A stretch of 64,000 nt of DNA from the human T2T-CHM13v2.0 reference genome, Homo sapiens. The notes under the pieces were generated by a model that had not been told where the DNA came from, ran no database searches, and saw nothing but the letters and a program-made list of their open reading frames with translations. The translations under genes and the position numbers were made by a program. Location of the stretch: assembly GCF_009914755.1 (NCBI RefSeq), contig NC_060937.1; one strand, given 5' to 3'. Shown piece by piece: positions 10,591 through 29,368 of the stretch. The first letter of the stretch is position 1, and the number at the start of each line of letters is the position of its first letter.

Positions 10591-13500
10591 CTAGCTAGTT
10601 TGTGTTACTGAGTAATCATGGACAATACATGAAACAAGAGAACATTGAATATTACATAACACTCTTCTATGTGTTATGTCTCTCTAGACAATATGGAGCT
10701 TCACTAGCTAAGTTCTGCATGAGCCCTGGTCCCCCATCAGGTTTCCAGCATCTGGGTTTTTTTATTTCTCTTCACACTTTCTTCAACACTAGTAGCCACT
10801 TCCAAAACTTATGTAACTACATTTTGCAAAGTAATTTAACTCTTATTTTTTCTTAAACTTCTCCCATCTATACACTGTTCTTACAACCATGCCTTGGTAA
10901 ATTAAAAAGAAACATTGTTTTTCTTAGGCAAAGGAAATATTCTAAGAGGAAATTTTCTGTCCTGCAAAGCCAACCAGCTCAACATGTAGATAGCTTTAAA
11001 ATAGACAAGTTTTCTCCTTGTCATAGAATCTTTCAAAAGCCCTATACCTTTTTTTTCATAAAGCAAAAGCTGTTTGCAACACCAAGAGGTGGCCTACCAA
11101 ATGAGAGATATTGATGGAAAGAAACACTCATCATAGTTTTTGTGCCTGTTATTCAGAGGTGCTGTGTGAATTACATGAGATAATATATGCAAATGCTATG
11201 ACACAAAACAAGTGCTCAATAGATCTTTTTTCCTCTTCTTTTATCCCTTTCTTTCTCCTCTAACTTAGAACCTTTCCTCTTGGTTCTGACTGTCCCAACA
11301 TGAACTTGACATTTTCAACCCAGCATTTATTATCTTCCCTGGGACATGAGGTCTGGAGATATGGGTCTGAAGTTCTGAAAACACTGAAAATAGTGGGGAA
11401 AAAATAGAATATTGTTTTCCCAAATCAGCTTTATTTTAAGGAAAGTTTACTATTTTAAAAAATCTATTCTGTATTAGTACTCTCTAAACACAATTATTTC
11501 TTTGACTTATTTTAGTGGTGTTGTTTCTAGAGTGGTAACAGGCACTAGAAATATACTCCCAATGTGGCTTATTAGGTAATGAAATTACTTCCTTAGATTA
11601 TATATAATATACAATGCTTCAGACAGGTGAGCAGCCTAATTGCTTTTCATGTCTGCTCTATACTGGTCCAGAAACAAAGGGTTGAATCTGTAATTTAATA
11701 TTTTTCTTCTATTAATTATATTTTTAAAATAACTACTTCAAATACAGAACTCAGTTTTCTTTTCTCCAATGTGGCCCCAGAAATTTACATACTAGTAACT
11801 GGAAACAATCACAAACACCTTCTTTCTTATCTATCCCACAATTGTTTAATAAATGTTTGTGAGAAGATAAAATACTGCTAAATTACACTAAACAGAACAT
11901 TGGTACAGACATGAGAATGGCTGATACATAAGTTTACAAAACTTTGCTTATAACTAGTTTTGATAGCAGTTCTCCCAAATCTCTCTGAAGGGTAGATCAA
12001 GTTGTACATATTAGTTCTAGGATGTCTCCATGTGATATACAATCTTGCTCTTTCCTTAGGTTCAAAAATCCCTACCTTTTCATTGAGAGACAATCTCTCA
12101 CTCGACTCAAAGACTAAACAAGCACATGTTAAGCTTGCCTGCCCAACATCAAATTTCTGGAGACAAAAAAAATTCAAAAATACATGATTGCGCTAGAAAA
12201 CAAGAAAGAGAAAAGTCTGAGTCTCATAAACTGTGCAGAATTCTTCAAACATAGAAAACAGACAAAATTCGTTTGAAGAAGGAATCTATATCTAAGATAT
12301 ATGCCAGAGTGTATTTCTGTCATTACGGGCTCATGGAGAAAAACAACTGAAAAGGAGGGAAGGGAGGCAGTGTTATCCTAAAAGGTTATTTCTTTGATTA
12401 ACCTGAAGAGGCAGCCAGGAAATGTTTCCTCTGTATGCTGCTAAGTTGTATCAGGCAATAGCCACTGAGGCATATGCCTGCAGGCAAAAGCACAAAGTTC
12501 AGGAATTTGGTGTAGAGAAACAGGGCAATGCCCCAGACAGTGGACGATACTCGGGTAGAATGTGATGCCCATAAGCAGAAGATTTGCTTCTAAAGCACTG
12601 TGCCCACTGCCTTCCCTGCCTTTCTACTGCTCCTCTAGTAAGGAGCAAACAAAAGTTGTAGAACCTCCAGCCAAGTCTTTAATCACAAGTAGGCTGGGCA
12701 AAGGATCCTAAAGGCAACCTAACAGATATCTCATGTAGGAAAATAAGTACATTTGATAGCCAACACTGCAGAACAACTTGACCAAAAGGACTAACACGAA
12801 GAATCAAAATTAATAGAGCAAGCAGAAAAGATGATAATTTTTCTAATTACAGCACTTAGGTAAATTAATGCCATTATGTAATGTTGTAGTTATAGAAGAA
12901 AAACCCCAGATTAGGATTTGAAAAAGTCAGTAGGTACAATCAATTGTATGGCAAATTTAAAAAATACCCAATTAATTAAAATGGGAAAAAGCCAAAAATA
13001 ATTTAGGGCATGTCAAGTACATATACACACATATGTAATTTAATATAAAATGGTTAGCAAGAATAAAAGTTAAGCACCTTTTTATCACAGCATATTAAAA
13101 CAGGTGCCATTCTCTTGGGGGCAAAAAGTTTCTCAAATTTAACCTGTTTTAGTCTTTTCAAATTACAGATGGATGTCTAAGGCCAAGAGAGAGGCAGTGT
13201 TTAGAGTAAGAGCCCTCTGCAGACCATCATAAGGATGCACCAGAAGGGAGCCCTCACATTAAGATTCGGATCACCCCTCTGCAAAACACAACTTTCCCTT
13301 CACTCTTCTGTCTACTTTTGTATTGACCAAAGCCTATTCCAGTGGGAGCCTAAGATCCCTTCTTTATCCTGGTAAGACCCTTTTCCAACTCAGCACTCAT
13401 ACTTCCTTTAACGCTGACTTATGTCCTTTTGAACCAATGCCATCATGCCCTTCTTCCTTGTTCATAGCAGTCCAATAAAAAGTCCCAAATCCCAGATCAC

Positions 13501-14681
13501 GCCTCATTTCCAAACCCCTAATTCTACTGTTTTTGTACAACTCTCTTCTCATCTAAAAATTCTTCACTATATCCTCTGAAACTCAATGTAAATTGCCAAT
13601 ATGCTCCTCTTTTCTCCTCCATCTTTTCTTTTTCTTCCTGAATTAACTTCTTGAATTTCTTTGTCTGCCTCTGATGGTACTGCTTCTCCTGAAGCCATTT
13701 CAAGATAGGACTTTTCCAGAGTCCTCATCATACTGGATTTGGAGGTACAGTGACTGTTGTTCATTATGGCACTTAGAATATTGCCCTTCTCTGTTCCTTC
13801 TGCTTTGACATTCAAATAATCAGATTACACCTCCCATCACAGTTCCTTGAATTGCAGTCATTTACCAATTAAGTTACTTCCCCTTATTCCTTGAAGATTT
13901 TAGCCCCAGGGTAATAATTTTTAGCGCATATTTTCTTTAGTAGCTCGACACTATTTCTGTCATAATTTTTCATAACATCAATATCTACACTCATGTTCCT
14001 GTCAACATGTTGGCATCTTGGGGTTCTAACTTTCTCTCTTTCAATTATCTTTTCCTCCATTCTATCTTATCCATTCCTTTCTGTGATCCTACTTTGATTT
14101 TATCATTACCACAACTTTATTCCCTTTCTAATCAGAAAATGCCTAGCTCTCCTACTGCCATTTCCTATGTTTCTAGCTATTTTCTACAAATACCCCAATT
14201 TGAACAATCTCTCAACCCACTTCCATTAATCTGACTAAATTATGCTTGGTCCCTCACTCTCCATGTCTTCTTTTCCTGTCTTACCCAACTTAAATCACAT
14301 GGTAAACCGTTCTTGTTTCTTTCATATACCCTTCAGTCCACTGGCCCTTGTCTTTTTGTCATAGTCTTTTAGCAAAACAACAATCTTGGTTAAATCTATC
14401 TTTCTTCCTGCTCTATGATGAATGTGGCTAGAGGAAAACTCACTCCTAGTGATTCATCTCGTTTTAAATGTAGTAGCTTCTTAGTTCTCGCAGCAGTTTC
14501 AATCTATTAGCCAAGTCCATTTTCGTTTGGACTCTTAGCTAGACTCCTACCATCTTAGACAATTCTTTTATTCTTTCTCTTCGCTTTTCAAATTTCCAAT
14601 GTCTTCTCTCTTAAGTTCATTCTCAGCCAGTGATTGTATTGAATAGTGCATCATGCTCCTCTGAGACACCTTCTGTTTCTT

Positions 14682-14705
14682 TTTGTTTGTTTGTTTGTTT
14701 GTTTG
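14682..14705. repeat. (TTTG)n microsatellite
   Basis: tttgtttgtttgtttgtttgtttg. Confidence 0.9.
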
Positions 14706-14944
14706 CTTGTTGCTTGGCCCTTGGTTTCAGCGTGCTTTCACTTCAGGTGGCCAGCACCTAGGGCTTTTGTTCAGAGAGCTGTCTCCGATTAATGGAGAGT
14801 TTTGCATCAGACGTACTAGGGATTTGTCACTAGGGAAAACAAAGAACCACTGATGCATGTTGTTGTTCAGCTAACTTTCCTTTAGTCAGGGTTACTCTTC
14901 AGCATGATTTATACTCCCAAGTTCCCTTACGAAATCAAGTTTCT

Positions 14945-15267
<323 letters not shown>

Positions 15268-16253
15268 CTATTTTCCTTTTCAGCTACAATCCCATTTTTC
15301 TTATTCTTTGTGCTATGAATGTCCTTGAAAGTATTGTTTCTACTTGCCACTTTCAATTCCTTTTCTCATGAACCATTCCAGTCAGGTTTTTCTTTTTTTT
15401 TTACATCACTACCAAGAAAATGCTCTTACTAAAGTTACCAAAGACCTAAAGTAATAGATTCTAAATCCAATCACTATTTCTCAGTCCTTATCTTACTTGA
15501 CCTATGAGCATCCTTTGATTCAAGTGATCACTCTTCTCCCTTAAAAAAATTTCTCCACTGAGCTTCCAGGGCACCTCACTCACCTGTTTTCCATTAACCT
15601 TACAGTTGGTACTTGCTGTCCATCTCTCCAGCTTCTATATTTTAAGTTTATTTTGGCCATGCTCTTTGAATCTCATCTTAAATACATATACTCACGCCTT
15701 GGATAATTTCAACTTATCTTCTGGTTTTAAAATCCATTTACATCCTGATGAATTCTAAATTTAAGTTTCTATTATACTTCTTTTTACTTCAAACCCATTT
15801 ATTCAACTCTTTACTTATTACATGTACTTAGATGTATATAATTATCCAAAATGTAACATATCCAAAACTGAGCCTCTAATATTCCTTTTTAATTTTTTCT
15901 TTTCCCACGATAGTTCATATCTCAGCCAATGGCAACTTTACCTTTCCAGTCATGTAGGCAAAAATATTTGAATCATTTTTGACTCACCTTTCTTTTGCCT
16001 CTCAAAACCATCAGGAAATTCTCTGGCTTCTCTTCAAAATTCAGAATTAGACCACCTTTCACTTTACAACAAGCTAACAATCTTTCTCATGTGGGTTATT
16101 GAAATAACTGTCTCTATTGTCTTTCTTCTGCCTTGTTTTCCATTTCCTCTCAAAATTGCAGCCACTGTGATCTTATTAAAATATAAGCCAGCTCGTGTTA
16201 TATCTTTGCTCAAAACCATCCAATGTCTTCCCACATCACTCAAAGGAAAATCA

Positions 16254-16255
<2 letters not shown>

Positions 16256-16290
<35 letters not shown>
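16256..16290. repeat. (TA)n microsatellite
   Basis: Perfect ta run seen directly. Confidence 0.97.
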
Positions 16291-16292
<2 letters not shown>

Positions 16293-16420
16293 CCTTAAAG
16301 TACCTACAAGATCTGACCTCTTCCATTACTTCTGAGATCTCATCTTGTACTGCCTCCGTCAAGTACTTTTCTTAACCATAGGTAACATCTTTCAGTTTAT
16401 CAAACAAGCCAGACACTAAA

Positions 16421-16470
16421 TCCTTCCCTCCCCTCCCCTCCCCTCCCTTCCCCTCCCTCCCTCCCTTCTT
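16421..16470. repeat. Polypyrimidine (CCCT/CCCCT)n low-complexity tract
   Basis: tccttccctcccctcccctcccctcccttcccctccctccctcccttc. Confidence 0.9.
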
Positions 16471-17603
16471 GTTTCTCCCTCTTATCCTAAATCAGATTAG
16501 TTCTTTATAAAAGGCACTTTGTCATCTAGGACTTCACTGGCTTCCTTGCCGAAAATTTCAGTTCTCCTTCCTACATTGTTTTTATTTCTTAGCACATATC
16601 AGTATCTAAAATTCCACATATTTTACTTTTCTGTCTTGTTTATTGTCTATCTATTTCATAGATTTTAAGGATGATGAAGTCCGAGATATCTGTCAGGTGT
16701 TTCCACTTATGTATTCCCAGTACCTGGCACAAGATCAGAGCATAATAAATACTAGTTGAATGACTAAACACATGTTAGAAATCATTAACTCTGAGAGGTG
16801 GAACACTACAAACTAACATATCAAAACAAAGAAACTTCATTTATATCTTACTGGTGATTTTTTTTCTGAAAAGTAAAAGATGCTCAAGTCACACAAATTA
16901 TAAGAGCTGAAGTTTGGGCAATTCACCTAATATTCTCTATTAAATTTTTAATATCAGCTATTTAGATTCTAGTATTCCCTTATAACAATCTATTTCTTTG
17001 TGATATACGATTATTTATTTTTTCCAAAATTATGAGTATTTGCTCCATGTCAAAATGCACTTCGTTGTGATTATCTCTGTGATGGCGATTGTAATCATTG
17101 ATCTTTCATGTTACTGTCGTGATTGTTTTGGGGAGCCAACAACTGTACCCATGTAAGATATCAAACTTAACCAATAAATATGAGTATATTCTCAGTGTAC
17201 CACTAAAGAGCCATTTCCCTATCTGTCTTCCTCTCCTGGGGACTCCCTATTCTAGACACAGTATTGGAATTAGGCCAATTAATAACCCTTCAATGGCCTA
17301 TAAGCATTCAAGTGAAAGGAAGAGTCACATATCTCTCACTTTAAATCAAAAGCTAGAAATGATTAAGCTCAGTAAGGAAGGCATGTAGAAAGCTAAGAGA
17401 GGCCAAAGCGTAGCCCTTGTGTGCCAAACAGCCACGTTGAGAATATGAGGAAAAAGTTCTTGAAGGAAATTAAATGTGCTATTCCAGTGAATACATGCAT
17501 GATAAGAAAGTGGAACAGCCTTATTGCTGATTGGAGAGAGTTTTAGTGGTCTGGCTAGAAGATCAAACCAGCCACAATATTCCCTTAATAATTGGGAACA
17601 ATC

Positions 17604-21104
<3,501 letters not shown>

Positions 21105-21573
21105 AATAATTGGGAATAATCATTCCAAAGCATAATCTAGAGCAAGGCCCTAAGTTTCTTTAATTCTTTGAAGACTGAGGTAGGTGAGGAAGCTGCAGAA
21201 GAAAAGTCGGAAGCTAGCAGAAGTTTGTTCAGGAGGTTTAAAGAAAGAAGCCATCTTCATAACATAAAAGTATAAGGTGAAACAAAAAGTACTGATGCTA
21301 AAGCTACAGCAAGTCATCCAGAAGATCTAGCTAAGATAATTGATGAAAGTGTCTATAATAACAGATTTGCAGTGTACACCAACAAAACCTTTTATTGGAA
21401 GAAAATGCCATCTGGGACTTTCATAGCTAGAGAGGAGAAGTTAATGCCTGGCTTCAAAGCTTCAAAGGACAGGCTGACTCCTTGTTAGGAGCTAATGCAG
21501 CTGGTGAGCTGGTGACTTTAAGTTGAAGCCAATGCTCATTTACCATTCCAAAAATTCTAGGACCGTTAAGAAT

Positions 21574-21898
21574 TTTTTTTTAGTTATTATTATTATTTTT
21601 TCTTTTTTTTTTTTGAGACAGAATCTTGCTGTTCTCATCCAGGCTGTAGTGTACTGGCCTGATCTTGGCTCACTGCAACCTCCGCCTCCCGGGTTCAAGT
21701 GATTCTTCTGCCTCAGCCTCCCAGGTGTCTGAAATTACAGGCACCCACCACCATGCCTGGCTAATTTTTGTACTTTTAGTAAAGACAGGGTTTCACCATG
21801 TTTGCTAGGCTGGTCTCAATCTCCTGACCCCAAGTGGTCTGCCCGCCTCAGCCTCCCAAGTTGCCAGGATTACAGGCATGAGCCACTGTACCCTGCCA
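21574..21898 (-). mobile_element. AluS (Sx/Sz-like) inserted in Tigger1
   Basis: Degenerate T-tail, gcaacctccgcctcccgggttcaagtgatt, ggtctcaatctcctgaccccaagtg. Confidence 0.9.
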
Positions 21899-23139
21899 GA
21901 AATGTGTTAAATCTACTCTGCCTGTATTTTAGAAATGGAACAAAGCCTGTATGACAACATACCTCTTTATAGAATAGTAAGCCCACTGTGGAAAACTACT
22001 GCTCAGAAATAAAAGACTTCTTTCAAAACAATAGAGCTCAGTGACAACGCATCTAGTCACCCAAGAGCTCTGACGGAGATGTACAAGGAGTTTAATATTG
22101 TTCCTAAGCCTGCTAACACAGCAACCATTCTGTAGCCCATGAATTAAGAAGTAATTTCAATTTTCAAGTCTTATGATTTAAGAAATACATTTTATATGTC
22201 TATAGCTGCCACAGAGAGCGATTCCTCTTATGGATCTGGCAAAGGAAATTGAAAACTTCTGGAAAAGATTCATCATTCTGTATGCCATTAAGAACGTGTG
22301 ATTTACGGGAGGAGTTCAAAATAGAAACTTTAACAATTGTTTGGAAGAGGTCGATTTCACCCCTTATGAATGACTTTGCAGGATTAGATTTCAGTGGAAA
22401 AAGCAACTGGAGATATGGTATAAATAGCAAGAAAGCTGGAATTAAAAGTGAAGCCTGAAGATAGTTCATTAACAGTGAATCGCTGAATTGCTACAATCTT
22501 GTGATAAAACTTGAATGGATGAGGAGTTGCTTCTGATAGATGAGCAAGGAAGGTGCTGTTTTTGAGATGGAATCTACTCTGGGTGATGATTCTGTGGCAG
22601 ATTGTTGAAATGACAAAAAGAATTTAGTGCATTACATAAACCCAGTGGATAAAACAGTGGTAAGGTTTGAGAGGATCGACTCCAATTTTAAAAGTAGCTC
22701 TACTATGGATAAAATGCTATCAAACAGCATTGCCTGCTACAGAGAACACTTTCTTGAAAGGGAAAAACCATAAATGTGACAAACTTCCTTGTGGACTTGT
22801 TTTAATAAATTGCCACAACCACACCAACCTTCAGCAGTTGCCAACCTGACCAATCAAGAGTCATCAATGTCAAGGCAAGACCCTCCAGGAAGAAAACGAC
22901 TATGATTTACTGAATTATCAGATGATATATCTGAGGTATATAATATCTATATTTGTGTATACCAAGGTATATACATTTTAGATATAATTCTATTGCACAC
23001 TTAATAGACTACAGTGTAGTACAAACATAACTTTTATATGCACTGAGAAACTAAAAAATTGATGTGGCTTACTTTATTGCAATATTCATCTCACTGTGGT
23101 GGTCTAGAACCAAAACATAATGTCAAAGGTATACCTGTA

Positions 23140-24915
23140 TTGTGAAAGGTATAAAACGTGTTTCTTGGTTCAATTTTGGTAAATGGATGTCCAAATGTCC
23201 CAGCACTCTTTGTTGAAAAGACTATCATTTCTCTATTGAATTGCCCTTTCTCCTCTGTCAAAATTTTGTAGACTGTATTTTTGTAGGTCTATCTCCAGGC
23301 TCTTTTTCTGTTCCATTTATCAACTAGTTAGGAAACACGCTCACTATTTCCAGTTTCTGGATGAGATTGTAAAGATTTGACACCATTTCTTCCTGGAATG
23401 GTTGATAGAATTAACCAGTAAAACCATTTGAGCCTGGTGCTTACTTCTGTGTAAGACCATCATCACTGATTCAATTTCTTAAATAGATACAGTGATAATC
23501 AGGTTACATATTGCTAATTTTGTGAGTTTGGGTAGTTTATATGTTTCAAGGATCTAATCCATTTCATCTAAGGCATTAATTTTTGGCCATAGAATTGTTC
23601 ATAGCATTCTGTAATTTTCCTTTCAATGTGCACTATAGGATCAGGATTGATGACAGTTGTTTTATTTGTGATGTTGTTAAATTGTGTCTTCTCGATTTTT
23701 TCTTAGATAGCATGATGAGAGGTTTATCAATTTCACTGATCTTTTAAATGAATTAGCTTTCAATTACTTTAAAGTTCTTTGATTTAAATATTTATTCTGC
23801 TTAGTGTTCTCTCAGGTTTCTATATCTGTGGTTTGGTTTCTGTTGATATTTTGAAGACTTCTTGTCAATTCTTTCTTCATGTATTTCTTCTGCTCAAATT
23901 TCTCTTCTACTTCTGATATTCCAGTTACACAACTGGAATCATAAAATTCCTTTTGAAGATTTTCCACAATTTTGGGATCTTCTGATATGCTTTTGTTTGT
24001 TTTCGAATTTTAGTTTGCTGTCATGCTTGCTGTGGCTATAGGTTCTAGAAAATTCAGTTTCCTCTACTGTCCTTGTTTATGTCTCCTCTCTTGGCTCTGG
24101 GTTTCCTAAGGACTCCTCAGAGAGATTCTGTGCCTTACAGCTTTCTCAGCTACAATCCACAATTATTTTTACTGGAGCCTGCTTGATGTAGTGTTTAGGT
24201 GTGAAAGATGGAGAGTATAATATAATCTTCCAATTAAGTGTCAGTCTTTTAGTAGACTTCTGTCACCTTCAAACATGTTTATCCAGTGGAATAGCTTCTC
24301 CCCCTCAGCTCCCTCAATACTCTAGTCTTCTCCATGGCTACCGTGCTCTGTTTCTTTAAATACTTGAACATGTTGACATTTCCCCTTTAGTTGAGACGGG
24401 AAGATAGAAGGAGATAAAGTGGAAGAAATACCCTTCTCCCATGTGGAATAAAGACCTGCAAAGTTCTTCCATCTAGAGAGTAAACATTTATTACAGAGAG
24501 AGCTCAGTTTGTGTTCCACAATGATTACACTCTTACCATCCTCCTGCCAGAGTCATGCACATGAGAACCAGGATGAGGTTTCCAGAGGTAAAACTCACAA
24601 AAATATGCCATCCCCAAGACTACAGACCCACAAATTTCTCATTCAGTTACCATTTTGCAATCAGCCTCCCACTTTAGTCAAAAGTACCATGTAAGTTTTT
24701 CTACCAGTTTATGGTTTCAGCACCTTTTACTCCTTGTAGGCATATCTTGACTGTGACTCTATGCATTTGCCTGTCTTTCTAGATATGAGGGTGCTGGTTT
24801 GTTCTGTGACCTCAAAGAAGAATGGGACAAAGAAAAATTGTTGATTTTCAGTTTGTGAGGATGGAAATGAAAACCTTCTAATTCTTTACAGTCATAGCTG
24901 AAGCTAAAAGTCTCT
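23140..24915 (-). mobile_element. Old L1M (L1MC/MD-type) fragments
   Basis: atggatgtccaaatgtcccagcactctttgttgaaaagact, aaaccatttgagcctggtg and ccatttcatctaag are antisense L1 ORF2; the distal part resembles an L1M 5' region. Confidence 0.6.
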
Positions 24916-27900
24916 TCAATTTTTATGCAGTGTCAAGGCTGAATATGTATTACCTATATCTTATAGTTTCTAAAAGTACCTCCTAGGGGTGATGGTAACA
25001 AGACACACTTAAACCTTAGAATTCTTCTTTTGGGAATACTTACAATTTTAGAAATCTTTTATGCTATTTAAAGCAGACAAAGTTTTCTTAAATTTACTGA
25101 GAAAAGTCACTAGAGAATTCTGCTAAGAGAAGTCACTCTATTGATAGCTATTATTTACAAATCATATCTAGATTTATGATATGGAAAGAGCAGAAGGAAG
25201 AAGAACATTTCGATCTTTGAAAATAACAAATAAAAATATTTTATCCTTTTATGGGGGAGATGAGATACAGAAATACTTTTTCTCCTGTAGCAACCATTTC
25301 TTTGTTGAGAAGATGTTTATGAATCTAGAGGGACAAGAGAAATAATTTTTTATTTTCACTGAAGGTACACAGACATAGAAACCCAACAGCTTATGACTAC
25401 CAATTTAATGTGTGATCTTGGGGGAGACAGATGTTTCAGCTTTGTCCTCTGTAAATTGTGAGTGATATTTTCACTCCACAGGTGTCTTGTAATTATATTA
25501 GAAAATGCATCTAAAACTTCAAAATCACTACATATAGTTGACATTCAGTGATTATTAGTTGTTGTTGTTTTTATTTTTTATTTAATTCTGTTGCCTACCA
25601 TTTCCCAACCTAACTCACATTTTTCTGAAGGGACATTGGTCCTTACATTCTCACTTAACATTGGATTTGCCCTTGTGAAGAAGAATAGAAGACACAACCT
25701 GACAATAGAAAAATAACATTGAGTTATTTGTATAACCTGAAATCTATGCTACTTACTTTGCACATATTATCTTATTAATTTTCACAGTGTGTCTGTGTTT
25801 ACAGATGTAAATCTAAAGACCAAGATATTTTAATGGCTTTGCCTAAGATCATGCACATAGAGAGTGAATAAACTAGAATTTCAATATAGTTCTATCAACA
25901 GCGATAACCATATTCTTATAAGAAATCTAGAATTTCATAAAATATATTTCATATATGAATAATGTCAATTTTCAGGAAATGGACAAAGACTGACCACCTA
26001 AAACATGATAACATAATTGTAGTATCTGAAGCTAGATATCAGGTAGATGCAAATTCAAAAGCAAATCTGAATAGAATATGTTTTGCCTAATGAAATTGGC
26101 ATGGTCAAGTGAAGAAGGAACTGATGGGATTTTCTTGTCAATCACATTTTCATAAGCAAACAGCATTATTTTAAAAAGTACTTACAAGATAGATATATAA
26201 AACAAAAGTAGAAGCTCCATATAATATGATCTTCCAAAATATTCAACCTTCTCTCTGCTATAAATCAGAAACTAAGCTAACTTTAGGATGCTGACTTGGT
26301 AAGGCTTAGGCTAACAGAATAACTAAAATAATGGCATAAAATATGTTTTAAACATGCATGCTTGTGTGGATATTTTAGAAAAGTGTGATTGGTATTGCTC
26401 AATACACAAAGTAATTTTATCAGAGATTGCATCTGGAAGAAAAATGAGAGAATTTGCTTCTTGAATTGGTGTATCATGAGCCACACATGTGAAAAAAAAT
26501 TTGCTATCTATATGTGCAATTACTGTGAAATAAACATGTGTCATCTGAGGTTATTTTTAGTTAGATGATGTTTATCTAAAACCCCTTGTTTCATTTAACT
26601 GTAACTGATACTTGATCTGTAGTGTTATTGTTTTACAGCCTGATAATAAGGCATATAATATCTAGGAATGATAAAAAAATGCCTGATAGGAAGTCATTAT
26701 ACACAGTATATCCTATCTGATGATATGCAACAATTTTTTTCTTCAAGTACTTACTGAATATCTAATCATTGACAGGCTGTGGGCTAAGCACTAGAAATAT
26801 AAGAAACTCAACCCAAAAATCACAATGAAAATTGTGTTAACAATTTAGCACATAATGACTATAAATGTTATGATCACAAGTATACCCAAGTTTGGTTCAT
26901 ATGAAGCCAAATTCCTTTATTTTTTTAAGATTTCTCATATATCACAAAAGACAAAGACCAGATTAGAAAGTATAGGTTGGTGGTCTGCCAACCTATTCTT
27001 TTAATTACAATAGGTCTAAGTAAACATTCTTGAATCGTAGCTCACTGGTGCTATGGAGGTTAGCATTCTGCATTTGACAGATTTAAATCCAAATTCGCCT
27101 ACCTAGCGGCGTGTAACTTTTGAGCAATTATTTAACCTCTTCAAGCTTCATAGTTTTTTTAAACATTGAACAAGATAAAATTTAAAACCTTTATAGAACA
27201 TAATATGATCTTAATTTTTCCTCTTAAGATTTATAGGAGCAGTTAAAAATAATTCCTCTCTTTTTCTTTGAGACTACAGAAATGTTCTTACAAAAACCTA
27301 AGTTGTGTGGTAGAGCTGAGATTAATATTGTGAGAACTAGAGTGAGACAGACTCCAAAGTACTTAAATTAAGGTTCTATTCCTTATAGACTGTGTTTGTG
27401 AGAAGATACTCTAAACCCAATGAAACTTAGTTCCTTACCTATAAAATGCAGATAAAAGTATCTATTTTATATAATTAATCTGAGAAATACATTTTCAAAA
27501 AAACCTGTTAATCATCTGTACTCGTTAAATTATGACCCTTATTCAATTAAAATCAAGCAACTTTCTTCACTCTCATTTATTCTTACTATTATTAACATGT
27601 AATGAGGTAGAATGTAGGCTGAAAGCAGTATTTCCTATCTCAGATGCCTATGGAGGAAAGCAATATAAATAGGTGAATCTGAAGCAAAATAATACAAAAA
27701 GAGAAGGAGAGTGTGTAAACTGCAAAGTGCATGCCCACGGAGAACCTTTTCAAATTGAAAAAGTTTTAAATGCTAGTTGGACGAAACAAATCAAACCTGT
27801 AGGACTAATCTGACCCATTGGTCCCATTCTAAGTGGCTTAACATGGTGCACGAGGGAGTTAGAGTATAAAACAAATAACTTTGTTCTCTATAGTACTTTT

Positions 27901-29368
27901 CTTCTTTTTGGCCCGGGGAAAATGTCTCCATGTGTTAGAACATAGGTTGTATATTCTTCAAAGATGCATGGCCCTAGAGGTTTAAAAATAATTTCAGAAA
28001 TCACACACCTAGTGATTGTAAATCTATATAGTAACTTTTGGAAGAACTGTTGTTGGTAGGTGACTTACACCATTTTTGCAGTGGGAATTAAAAATAAAAC
28101 ACACAAGGAAACTATATCTGTACTTGTAACTTTAAAGAATTTTGTGCATGCTCCTCTGAGGTTAATCCTAATTCAAGACTAAGGAAAAAAATGTGAAAAG
28201 CGGCAGAGAGCTATGCTTGTCATAGCCTAGTAGGACCTGTCATGTTCCACATCACACCCTAATATCTAAAGTAAATATTTATTAGAATACAATTTTGAGG
28301 CCTTCCTTATTACAGGAAAATGAGTTTGCTCTTGGTGTTTTCTTAAATTGTCTATTTTTAATCTTATCAACTCCTAGGCAACTTTTTCGTCCAATAGATA
28401 AGCATGGAAAATTTATAATCTTCAGTCTTTCTTTGTGTACACCTGGTATGCTCAGAGCTGTTGGAGAAAAATGTCGCAGTTAGAAATTTAGGCTCTCGGT
28501 GGGACATAGGCAACTCTTCCATGTTTCCAGAATCAGCTTAGCTCCCATTATCCACAACAGCCATTTAAAACCTCCTCCACCCTCATTATATCTCCAAACC
28601 CATGTCTCTACTCTGAGCTTGAGATTCCACCTTCTACTTCATAAAGAAAGAAGAGACTCTCAGAAAAGACTAGTCAATTTTATGAATCTTAATTAGAGAA
28701 TAAACAAAACCCTCCCCTATCTGGCACATTCTCCCCAAACCACCCCAAAACACAACTACACTAACAAAAACAACTGAGACTAAAGATAAACTATGGCTTC
28801 TAAACAAAGAGGTAATAACAAAGCTTCTCATTGTGTTGCAAATTAAGTGAGGTGCCTTTTATTAGAAGTTACAATTAGCCTATCTGTTCCTTGAGGATAG
28901 AGAGGAATTTCATTTGACTTCTCAAATACTTTCTGTACCACTCATCAATAGTGGCATCTCATAAATATTTGGCTGAATAGATTAGTATACACGTGTAAGT
29001 ACCAGAGTACTTAGATGCATTCTTGAAAGACTAAAATATACGACAATCTTTCATTGATATATGATTCTCTGACAATTATGTGAAGAAAATATGAAATTTA
29101 AATCTAAATTGTGTAGCTTAGAAGAAAAACATAGTCCATCCCCTTAGAAATAAAATCAATGCATTAGCTACTCAATTGTAGAATAGAATGTACTAAACAT
29201 GAAAGCATTTCAATTAGGTCTTCCTTTTTCCAATTAAGCTGTTTCATTTCTTTCACATTCTTACAGTTCTCTTTCCAAATTGCATTGAAAGCTATATGAA
29301 TGAACGGGGTTTCATTTCCACAAGCTGCTTATTACTTTTATGATTTTTGGTACATATAACATAAATAA

